This document shows, in pieces, positions 53,440 through 64,000 of a DNA stretch of 64,000 nucleotides; position 1 is the stretch's first letter, and each line of letters starts with the position of its first letter. Under the pieces are notes generated by a model. That model searched no databases. It saw nothing but the letters and a program-made list of their open reading frames with translations, and had not been told where the DNA came from. A program made the translations under genes and the position numbers. This DNA is from Octopus vulgaris (lineage: Eukaryota): assembly GCA_951406725.2 (NCBI GenBank), contig OX597824.1, forward strand, positions 88,474,001 through 88,538,000. The letters run 5' to 3'.

Positions 53440-53802
53440 GTTGAGCGAAGCGGTCTTCGTCCCAGAGTGGGAGAATTCCGAAACGTGGTTCTTTTGCTAT
53501 TCGTAAGACCTGCAGAAGAGAAAGCAGGTCAACCCCCGACACCGAGAGCATCGACGGATGGATGAATGCGCATCCAAGCTCAGCAGTTGCCTAGGAAGTC
53601 AGGGACAAGAAACAGGAAGAAAGAGTGAGAGAGAGTTGGGGGCGAAAGATTACAACAGGGGTCGCCACCATCCCTGCTGGAGCCTCGTGGAGCTTTAGGT
53701 GTTTTCGCTCAATAAACACACACAACGCCCGGTCTTGGAATCGAAACCGCGATCCTCCGACTGCAAGTCCGCTACCCTAACCACTAGGCCATTGCGCCTC
53801 CA
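53440..53802 (-). mobile_element. Family C-related SINE
   Basis: Sister of 23090-23447. Confidence 0.8.
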
Positions 53803-54182
53803 CTGATGTTATTGCTTATTGCTTTTCTGTCCTACACATACACACGTGCATACACACATATACATTTATACTATACATTTTTTGGGGGAAAATTTAAGTA
53901 GCTGTTGGTAATTTATCTTTGATCTAAGCTTAACCTTTTTGATACCAACTCACCGGATACCACTGTTGTTTCTATCATACAAATTCCCTGTTTTAAAGTG
54001 ACCTAGTTTAAAAACTCCTGTCAAAATTTCTTGTTAATTATTCTAAACACCAATTTAACGATGACAATTATTTTGATAAATACTTCATTATTTTCAAAAT
54101 TAATAAAAATGAAAGGCAACATATTTTAACAGATATTTGGTAACAAAATGGTTAAATCACAATGGCTATGTATTATAATTGT

Positions 54183-54878
54183 GGAGTCGTATGGCTTAGT
54201 GGTTAGAGTGTTGGACTCATGATTGCAAGATTGTGGTTTCAAGTTCTAAACCAGGCAACATGTGTTCTTGAGCAAAACACTTCATTTCACATTGCTCCAG
54301 TCCACCCAGCTGGCATAAATAAGTCAACCTGCAACAAACTGGCATCCTGTCCAAGGGGCAAATATATATACGTCATGGAAACCAGGAAACTGGCCCTTAT
54401 TAGTCCATAGGGCTCAAGAAGGATGCATTTTTTATGTATTATCATGAGGCATTCTCTCTATTCATTTGTTTTTTGCCATTCATTAAGGTCTCCATTTTGA
54501 AATCCAATTCTAGATCAGTTAGGACATTGCATAATGCTCTTACATCTGAGACCCCCTTCGGTCACGACACTGACCATGGGATTGCACCTAGAAAGTTACC
54601 CTCCGAGGCACAAGTCCAGGCAAGGTTGTTTATGGAAGACCAGCAGTCGCCCATGCATACCGGCCTCCCTTTTTCACATCACCAATGATGTCCAAGGGAA
54701 AGGCAAAGGGGCCGATACAGCTTGGCACTAGTGACGTCGCTACTCATTTCTACAGCTGAGTGAACTGGAGTAACGTGAAATAAAGTGTCTTGCTCAAGAA
54801 CACAACATGCAGCCCAGTCTGGGATTCGAGCTCATGATCGTAAGCTCAACGCTCTAACCACTGAGCCATGCACCTTCA
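54183..54878. mobile_element. Family D-related SINEs in opposite orientations (54183-54430 plus, ~54550-54878 minus)
   Basis: tgtgttcttgagcaaaacacttcatttcac vs gtgaaataaagtgtcttgctcaagaacaca. Confidence 0.65.
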
Positions 54879-55800
54879 CGCTCTTACATCTAATTATGCA
54901 AAATATTGGCTTTTTGGATTGCCTTTGTTCAGTCCACTGCAGGATGAAGCTGTTCTCTCCACCAACCACAGTCTGATGTGGAGGCTGTGAATTTGAGCTT
55001 GAGATCATACAGGTTCGATGAGCTTGCTCTGCCTCACTGGCTCAACATGGCTTGGCAGAGGGATGCAGTTTTTATACTCATACCCAGTTGTAGTTATTTC
55101 AATTACGTGCAAAACATATATCCGTATAATGTATTCCATACTCAAATAAATGCTATCATGTTTGTGTGTCTGTGTTTGTCCCCCTAGCATTGCTTGACGA
55201 CCGATGCTGGTGTGTTTATGTCCCTGTCACTTAGCGGTTCAGCAAAAGAGACCGATAGAATAAGTACTGGGCTTACAAAGAATAAGTCCCGGGGTCGAGT
55301 TGCTCGATTAAAGGCGGTGCACCAGCATGGCCGCAGTCAAATTGACTGAAACAAGTAAAAAGAGAAAAAAGGAGAGGAAGAGATTAATGTACAATATTTG
55401 CATAGACATGCAAATCTTGCTCATTAACTAAATGGTATAATAAATATTATTTTCCTTGACATCCGTTAACCATAATTGCATGTATTCCTATAAATTCAAT
55501 ATTGTGCTTTCACACAAATTGCACAGATTATATGCATATTGTATAATTGTCTGGCTTGTTGCTTAGTTTCAGTGGCATTCTGGCCATAGTTTACTGTCTT
55601 TATATCAAATGTTGGAAAAGACACCTACCATATAGGCTCGGGTGCGGCTGTGTGGTTAAAAAACTTGCTTCCCAATCATATGTGCAGCACTGGGCAAGTG
55701 TCTTCTAAAGGCCTGGGCTAACCAAAGTCATGTGAGCAGATTTGGTAGATGGAAGCTGAAAGAAGCTCAACGTGTGTGTGTGTTTGTGTATGTATATATA

Positions 55801-56194
55801 CTAGCAGTATTGCCCGGCATTGCTTGGGTTTGTTTCGACCCTTTAGAATTGGGATTTTTGAAAAGTAAAAATTTTGCATTATGTAGCTTGTTATTCTCTT
55901 TAAGTGAACATTTTTCTGGTTGAAATACACTGAAAATTGGTGACACAGCAGTCAAAATATTGTAAAAAATAGGGATTTTCCTAGAAAAAAAAAGCACCTT
56001 TTTGATGTAAATAATTTTTGGTGTTAACATGGTCTGATTTGAATTTTTTCTTCTACGGAGGGAAGAGCAAGCTTTTTTCTATCATACTCTCAATTTTGGT
56101 CAACTTGTGTCGCAGGGTCTCAGAGGAGATAGTGTTAGTTGAAGGCTACCAAACCTGCTACACACAGACAACTTCAGCTTTATATAAAGAGAGA
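55801..56194 (-). mobile_element. Non-autonomous Helitron inside a family B SINE
   Basis: Reverse complement a|TC...gcaatgccgggcaatactgCTAG|t; homologous to 7107-7490. Confidence 0.8.
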
Positions 56195-57160
56195 TGTGTG
56201 TGTGTGTTTTTATACTATTGTTTGTCTCCCACCACAACTTCACAATTGGTGTTGCTTTGTTTATGTTCTCCATAATATCGCAGTTCAGCAAAAAAAAAAA
56301 ACAAGAGAATAAATACTAAGGTTGATTTGTTTGACTAAACCCTTCAAGGCAGTGCTCCAGAAAGGTCAGTCTAATACTTTACATTATCAGGAATCTATTT
56401 CTTAAATATATTAATTCACCAAACTAAAGTTTTAACTGAAAATATTTATGGCCAACATGCTGGAATTAGAATAAACGGTAAACAGCAATTCTGACGAGCT
56501 CTCAGCCACTTGTTTTTACCACTCGGTAGTAGTAAATATTTGCATTTTTGTCTCTACCCAATTAATTCCTAGATTTGGAGAGATTTGTTTTCAAACTTTA
56601 AATATTGACTTGTTTACAGTCTGTGGTAGATATATAGACATGTTTATTAGGCATGCGTGTTTGTGTGTGCTTGCACACCCACCCACCCACACAAACACAC
56701 ACACATGCACATACACAAACTCTCTCTCATTCACAGATGCCTACATGGCTGTGTGTTTTGAGAAGTTTTCTTCCCTACAATGTGGCTTCAGATTCAATCC
56801 TACTGCTTGATAACTTGGGAAAATGCCTTCTTTTATAGCCCCAGACCAACCAGTGTCCTGTGAGGGAATTGGTAGGTGGAGTGATGTCACAGTACTTCGG
56901 CTGCAGTCAGTGGATGTTTGTCAACATGCCTTGCCAATAAATCATCTGCCAGATTTGTGGGTTTGAATTCCTCTAGAATGTAAAATAAAATAATTCCTTA
57001 CTTGAAAAATAGTTATGGTTGGCAACTGAAAGAGAATCCGACTGTAAAAATCATACCTCAAATACTTCCACCTTATAAACTCTGCAAATATGGTAATACA
57101 CATGTTAAAGAATGAGAAGGCTGTGTGGGTGTTTGTGTGTGTATATATATATATATATAT

Positions 57161-57435
57161 GGAGGCGCAATGGCCTAGTGGTTAGGGCAGCAGACTCGCG
57201 GTTTCGATTCCCAGACCGGGCATTGTGAGTGTTTATTGAGCGAAAACACCTAAAAGCTCCACGAGGCTCCGGCAGGGGGTGGTGATCCCTGCTGTACTCT
57301 TTCACCACTCTTTCTTCTGTCGGCCTGCTCGCTTAGCCAGCGGGGTGGCGACATTCGAAGGCTAAAACAATGCGAACGCATTGTGACCAGCGATGTGTAA
57401 CTACATCTGATGGTCTGGTCGGTCATGTGATCACG
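57161..57435 (+). mobile_element. Family C-related SINE
   Basis: ggaggcgcaatggcctagtggttagggc...gtttcgattcccagacc. Confidence 0.8.
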
Positions 57436-57572
57436 TGAGATATATATATATATATATATATATAAAGTTAATCTAAACATGAAAACACAAAGGGAAAAAC
57501 ACAACAATGTGAGGACGTGGAACAAGTATAGTGTTATTGGGCGACGCTCAGGAAAGGAAAGAAAGAAGGAGG

Positions 57573-57607
57573 ATTTAACGTTTCAAGCGGAGCTCTTCGT
57601 CAGAAAC
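57573..57607 (-). ncRNA. Minimal type I hammerhead ribozyme motif, copy 1
   Basis: Minus strand gttt-CTGACGA-agagc-tcc-gctt-GAAA-C-GTT-aaat. Confidence 0.65.
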
Positions 57608-57741
57608 ATAGGAAAAGGAAAGATCCAAGGAAGGGAAGATGGAGGAAAAAAATTCGACAACGATACACACCTGGTCACATATATATATATCCCTTGTGTG
57701 TGTGCATATATATATATGTATATATATATCCCTTGTGTGTA

Positions 57742-57772
<31 letters not shown>

Positions 57773-57917
57773 CCCTTGTGTGTGTGCATATATATATATA
57801 TATTTATATATAGTTAATCCAAACATGAAAACACAAGGAGAAAACAGAACAACGCGAGGACGTGGAACAAATATAGTATTATTGGACGCTCAGGAAGGAA
57901 GGAAGGGAAGAAGGAGG

Positions 57918-57952
57918 GTTTAACATTTCGAGTGGAGCTCTTCGTCAGAAAC
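57918..57952 (-). ncRNA. Minimal type I hammerhead ribozyme motif, copy 2
   Basis: Minus strand gttt-CTGACGA-agagc-tcc-actc-GAAA-T-GTT-aaac. Confidence 0.6.
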
Positions 57953-58209
57953 ATAGGAAAAGGAAAGATCCAGAGAAGGGAAGGCGGTCACATACATAAG
58001 CACACACACACACACACTTACAAGGGATGCTGGAGAGTTCCTGGCTTTGGGCAAAAAAAAAAATCCAGGAGGATCAGTTGATTATGATTTCATTCAACAT
58101 ATTCCTGTTTCAGATTAAGATGCTTATTACAGCAGTCCTTCAGTTTTTCTAATCCCCATAAAATAACCCATGGGGAGTGGAGAGTCCATTATTTTGCACA
58201 GTCCTTTTT

Positions 58210-58356
58210 CAGGGAAATGTTGACTGGAGAATAATTAAAAGAGTGCAGAGTTTTATATCCTTTAAGTAAATATCCAGTTTTTAATAGCTTGCAGGATGTA
58301 AACCTCTGCACTCTCTCTCTCGCTCTTTAATTTCTCTCCTGTCAGCTTTTCCCTCT
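58210..58356. mobile_element. Degenerate fold-back/MITE beside a mariner-like end (~58022-58160)
   Basis: agggaaatgttgactggaga..gagtgcagagttttatatcct / aggatgtaaacctctgcactc..tctcctgtcagcttttccct. Confidence 0.55.
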
Positions 58357-58409
58357 AACCACCAGGCCATGCATACATGTGTGTGTGCATGTGTCAATTT
58401 ATGGTTGTT

Positions 58410-59085
58410 GCCAATGCTGCTGGAGTGACTCCTGTGCAAGTGGCACGTAAAAAACACCATTTTCGAGCGTGGCCGTTGCCAGTACCACCAGACTGGCCTT
58501 CATGCCGGTGGCACTTTAAAAGCACCCACTACACTCTTGGAGTGGTTGGCGTTAGGAAGGGCATCCAGCTGTAGAAACACTGCTAGATCAGATTGGAGCT
58601 TGGTGCAGCCATCTGGTTTGCTAGTCCTCAGTCAAATCGTCCAACCCATGCTAGCATGGAAATTGGACATTAAACGATGATGATGTGTTGAGCCTCACTG
58701 AGGCGATGACAAGTGACTGAGATCTTTGGAGATATTCTGTGCTTCAGAAGACCCAACAAGCCAAGTGAGACCATAACCATGGCCTATGCCAGTGCAGCAT
58801 AACCAGCCCATTCAAGAGTACCCATCAATCATTGGGCAATAAACTGTTCTTGCGAAGACCTGTTGAGGCAAGTGAAGTTGTTGTCGTGGCTGATGACAGT
58901 ACCGCCTGATTGGCATATAGAAAAGCACTATTCAAGTGTGGTCGATGCCTGTGCCGCCTGACTGGCTCCCGTGCCGGTGGAACGTAGAAAGCACCATTCA
59001 ATTGTCAATGCCAGTGCCAACTGACTGGTCCCATGCTGATGGAACATAAAAAGCACCGTTCGAGCGTGGTTTTTGCCAGTGCTGC
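58410..59085 (+). mobile_element. Family E RTE-associated fragments
   Basis: Core plus (GAT)n tail at ~58675 and further aaaagcac modules. Confidence 0.65.
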
Positions 59086-59643
59086 TGTGTGTGTATGTGT
59101 ATATATATAATGTGTCTGTGTATATGTATTTGTCATTTGTGTCTGTGTTTGTACCCCCACCATTGCTTGACAACCAATGTTGGTGTGTTTATGTCCCTGT
59201 AACTTAGCAGTTTGGCAAAAAGTGACTAATAGAATAAGTACTAGTCTTACAAAGAATAAGTCCTGCAGTCGATTTGTCTGGCTAAAGGTGGTGCTCCAGC
59301 ATGGCCACAGTCAGATGACTGAAACAAGTAATAGAATAAAAGAACACACAAAATTAGCATAGGCGTTATATTGCTTTAAAACATGTTCGCTTAATATAGA
59401 TTTTTTCCCCCAGCCGTCTTCCGTTCCTCTTCCTCAACACACACTCTGAATTACTATCCAGATGTAATGTCCATTGTCTGAGAATTAATGATTTCAGACT
59501 TTTCATTCCAGTGTTTGGATAAATTGAAATGGTAGAGGTGTATTAATTACAGTCGTTATTAAAAGGAAATAATCTTATTGGCTCCTGTATCGCAGTCATT
59601 TTATATATAAGTAACATTTTGTTGTGTTTGTCAACACTTTAAG

Positions 59644-59686
59644 GTGGAACCATTCGCACGTGAGCTACTTGCTGGGAGAGCCGTTA
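59644..59686 (+). other. Candidate 43-nt internal exon
   Basis: ttttgttgtgtttgtcaacactttaAG acceptor; GTAAGT donor at 59687; GC-rich island; two open frames (VEPFARELLAGRAV / WNHSHVSYLLGEPL). Confidence 0.4.
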
Positions 59687-59824
59687 GTAAGTAATTGTAT
59701 TAGCAGTATTTTGCCATTTATTTTGTAATTTCTATTAGTAAATTTGAATATTTCTAATTTGTTAATTCAAACCTTTGACATATTTGTTTTACTAATATTC
59801 CAGTTGATGAAATATCAAGATTAC

Positions 59825-60200
59825 TTTACTGTTTTACTTGTTTCAGTCATTTGACTGCGGCCATGCTGGAGCACCGGCTTTAGTCGAGCAAGTCGACCCT
59901 GGGACTTATTCTTTGTAAGCCTAGTACTTATTCTATCGGTCTCTTTTGCCGAACCGCTAAGTTACGGGGACGTAAACACACCAGCATCGGTTGTCAAGCG
60001 ATGTTGGGGGGACAAACACAGACACACACACATATATATATATACATATATACGACGGGCTTCTTTCAGTTTCCGTCTACCAAATCCATTCACAAGGCTT
60101 TGGTCGGCCCGAGGCTATAGTAGAAGACACTTGCCCAGGGTGTCACGCAGTGGGACTGAACCCGGAACCATGTGGTTGGTAAGCAAGCTACTTACCACAG
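59825..60200 (-). mobile_element. Family B SINE
   Basis: Near-consensus copy lacking the extreme 5' end. Confidence 0.85.
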
Positions 60201-61004
60201 TAATAAACTTTCATATGTCTTCGTAATTCTTAATTCATTTAATTTCATATGCATCCTACTTTAAAATGCCTATCAAAGTTTTAGCTATCAACCTGCCTGA
60301 AACTCTCTCTGCTGCCCTAACACAAACCCTTCACCTATTAAAGTGTTCATATTTCATTTAAAATTTTCCATCATAATTTTAAATCAACTTTTTATATTCC
60401 AAATATCAGTTTAATAATGGAAAATATTAGGTGCTGTTCCATATCCCTCTGAGTTCCTATTTTTCAAAATTAATTAAACTACATAAACGTATTTTGTAAG
60501 AAATGTTATAAAAGATTAATTTGATTGTCATAAACATTTTTCTATTTAAATCAAATCAGTTTTATTACCCAGCCACTGAAGAATCACTGTATGATTTATT
60601 GTATATTGCTCTTCAGTTAGATTTTTTTTTATTTAAGTTTTCTTTTTTTCATTACAAAGTTATATATCCTCTTTATCATCATCCTCTCCACTTTTCTATT
60701 TAAACATGGGTCTGCTTGAACCAGATTTTCTACAGCCAGATACCCTTCCTGTTGCTAACCCTCACCTGTTTCCCGATGGCAAGATATGTTTCTGCAGAAT
60801 ATCAAAAATGAATCACACAGCTTGTATGACACACTGACTTAAAAAAAAAATCTATTATCAGATATCAATACAAGGAAATGCAAACATGCACACAAACATA
60901 TTGTACTTACTTGTACGACAGTAATGTCCAGGGGTCTTTGGTGATGATAATAACTATATGCAATAGCATAATTCTGATAGTACTGATACAGAACAATTGT
61001 GGGT

Positions 61005-61311
61005 TTGTTGTTTGTTCCTTCTCGAGCCATGCTTGGCTCATAAGGGCTGGTTTCCCAGTTTCTTTGACATATAGGTTCCCCACTTGGACAGGACGCTGGT
61101 CCATCGCAGGTGAGCTGCAAGATGCAGGAGGAAAGAGTGAGAGAAAGTTGTGGTGAAAGAGTCAGTAGAAGTTTGCCATTACCTTCAGCCAGAGGCGCGT
61201 GGAGCTTAGGTGTTTCGCTCATAAAAATACACATGGCCAGGTTTGAGATTCAAACCTGCGATCCCTCGACTGTGAGTCTGATGCTCTAACCACTAGGCCG
61301 TGTGCCTCCAC
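61005..61311 (-). mobile_element. Family C SINE
   Basis: Reverse complement of the 25112-25407 family. Confidence 0.85.
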
Positions 61312-62395
61312 AAGTATCTTGTTTGGAGATGGGTGAGGATTGATGACAGGAAGGATATCCGGCTGTAAAAAATCTGCTACAATAAACTGCATCCAACCCA
61401 TGCAAGAATGGGAACAGTAAGCATTAAAAATGATGATGAGGATGTTTCAGCCTGAATTTGAACTAATTGAGGTTGCAAGTTGTTAATTCCATAACTTTTT
61501 ATTATTTATTTAATTTGGAAGTGTTTCTGGGTTATACCAGTAAAGATAATAGTTACACAAGTTAATCATGATACATATTTCATGTAATACAATATAAAGA
61601 GTAAAATTCTTTTATATTCTTCCGTTTATTGAATATAGTATTTAAAATATAATCGCAATCACCTGCACGTCTTACCGAGATTGTCTTTTCTCATTTTACC
61701 AACATTTCCACCTGCAGCTCTTCTATGAAGATTTCAATTATCTTAAGTCTGTTTCCTGAGTTTCCTTAGCCTTATTTTCCTTTGTACAGCTGCTCTTAAA
61801 TGCTAAATTGAATTGTACTTTACTTTCAAATGAATTGATTCACAAAATTATTTTTTATTATTGAATATAAAGCACAAATAATGCAATTATTGATAACAAC
61901 AGTTTTTAGATTTACAGATGTAGCTTCATTTGCTAATTAACTGTTTAAAATAAAAGCAATTGTTTAATTCCTTTTGTCTGGAATAGTTGCAGGTTCCTGA
62001 CAACTTTTCTTTCAAAAATAGGTTTATGCAGTAATAGAAACTTTTGTATTGTAATCGAATTCTTTATTCTTGGGTAAAAAGATAAGCGATCCTCAACCTT
62101 TGTTTATTTTTGCTTATAAAAACATTCAGCATCTAAAGAATTCTGAACTTGGATCATTAACCACATCTTTTCTGTAGAATATATCCCTTTATTATTTAGA
62201 AATGCTTGAAACAGAATGCAGTTATCTTGATAAATTGCATTCTGTTGCCAACAAATTTTGACTTTGCTTATTCTGATCTACATATCCCGAGACAGTTTTA
62301 TTTTAATTAGGCACAAAGGCTCGTTATTTTAGTAGATCTAGAAACAAGATCATGTGACATCCATGCTTTTCTAATAGTATTAAACAGTGAAGTGA

Positions 62396-62803
62396 TATTT
62401 TACTATATGGCTCAGAAACCTGGACGTTATCAAAGAAGCTTGAGAGGCAGTTGGATGGAACTCATACTCGCCTCCTTATGAGAACTCAAAATCTCTCGTG
62501 GAAGCGTCATCCAACCAAAGTACAAATATATGGGAAATTACCACCTCTATCATCTCTTGTGAAAGGTAGAAGAGTCCAGTTTGCTGGACGTTGTAGAGCT
62601 GAAAACGAGGTAATTTCTACTCTTCTCCTCTGGAAGCTATCTGCTCGCGATACCAGAGGGCGCACACGCTCCTACTCTGATGTAATCTCCAGGGATACAG
62701 GCATCCAGCAACAGGACCTCTGTAATGCTATGATGGACCGTGAAGTCTGGCGTAACATAGTAAATTCCATTGTCTCGACCACGGCCGAACAATGATGATG
62801 ATG
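62396..62803 (+). mobile_element. RTE-clade LINE 3' end, 5'-truncated
   Basis: ILLYGSETWTL..LDGTHTRLL..RRVQFAG..AMMDREVWRNIV then stop and (TGA)n tail. Confidence 0.85.
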
Positions 62804-64000
62804 TAGTATTTTTCTTGAGCTCTTTTTCTTTATTAGTTTTATAGAATAGTGCTATGGATACAAATTGTGACTGCATATATTATAAACTCTAACTACTTTT
62901 CTATACCAGACTGAAATCTATAATCATTTGATTAGATGCTTCAACGAAACAATGGTAAAAGCCATGAAAATTACTAAGTTTTAGTTGAAAACTGGTTGGC
63001 AGTATCATGTTGATTGACTGAATTATTACTTGATTGATTGTTTGGTTAAAAAGTGAACCAATTGACAAATAAGATAGAAGTAAAATAGAACCAGTGTGTG
63101 TGTGTTTCGTATTGGCATAATGACCCTCCAAAGCTACAACAAAATATAGTGGTTCAAATAAAACTTATTTTTTTATTCTACAGATGTATACTGTCTAGTT
63201 TTGAGGCACTGGTCTATATATTTTTAATTACACTTTATTCTGTGTTATTGGAGAAGGAAAATTAGAATGGAACAGAAGAAATTTTAAATCAATGAAAACA
63301 ATAAAAATTTGAAAATATTTTCAATGTTAGCTTGAAAAATAAACTATTTTTAACATTTCTTCCTTCAGTTTTGAGTCTTAAAGTAAAGTGTTTTCTAATA
63401 AAATACTGAAATATGTAAGAAGCAAAATAAAATGATGCATTGATTAAGCAGTCTTCTGCCAAACAGGGATTTTTTTCATGGCTGGCTGAAGGAATTTCCA
63501 TTAAAAGATAAATTATATAGTCACAAAAATAAGTGATGGTCAGTATATTATTTACTAGTCTCAGTTAATCTGAAGCAATAATTAATTGAAACAAGAGTTT
63601 TTTTTAATTTTGAAGGTATAAATAGCAGTGTCAATTAGAGAGGGGGGGTAAGTCTGAAATTGGAGAAAACTCTGTGCTTTTTAAATCGTTAAATAAACAT
63701 TCATGCAATGTCACACTGTATGGTCTGACTGTTCATTTAATTTATCAGAACAGCCTTAATCTTGGCTCTATTTGTCTTCAAGAAAGATAGTATTTTTAAG
63801 GCCAACCATAAGAGTTAGATAGCAAGATCAAACTAAAAATAAAACAGTTACAGTCAAAGTAGGTACTTTTTAGTTCAGTAATCCAATCAGATATGTCCCC
63901 ATAATAGTTGACATTGTGCTTTAAGTAGTTAAATTTTTTTTTTAATATTTTAATGGCTTAGTCAGGGGAAGAAGAGCAGTGTTCATGACATTTTTTTTAT

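Larger units (their letters stand above)
57465..57990 (-). mobile_element. Tandem pair of Penelope-like pseudo-LTR cassettes
   Basis: Units start aaacatgaaaacacaa at ~57475 and ~57821, separated by TA/TG tracts; each has a hammerhead core on the minus strand. Confidence 0.65.

Overview
AT-rich, repeat-saturated animal genomic DNA with no long protein-coding ORF. The repeat families look like those I recall from octopus (coleoid cephalopod) genomes; this is an inference, not a database result. Most ORF-track hits are microsatellite or SINE artefacts. Recognisable content: dozens of tRNA-type SINEs in four families, RTE and CR1 LINE relics, mariner and Tc1 relics, a fragmented Ty3/Gypsy pol (protease-RT-RNase H) carrying nested insertions, non-autonomous Helitrons, piggyBac-like MITEs, and GG-ended MITEs with 8-9 bp TSDs (Merlin-like). 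There are also long microsatellites, a 45-bp minisatellite, and two CpG-retaining promoter/first-exon candidates (~3.7-4.0 kb and ~47.3-47.5 kb) with a few candidate spliced exons whose product I cannot identify. The most notable signal is a set of short cassettes embedded in (TA)n tracts carrying type I hammerhead-ribozyme motifs (~20.8, 21.6/21.8, 44.6 and 57.6/57.9 kb). They occur as tandem or inverted pairs, consistent with Penelope-like pseudo-LTRs or retrozyme-like elements. Boundaries of old repeats are approximate.
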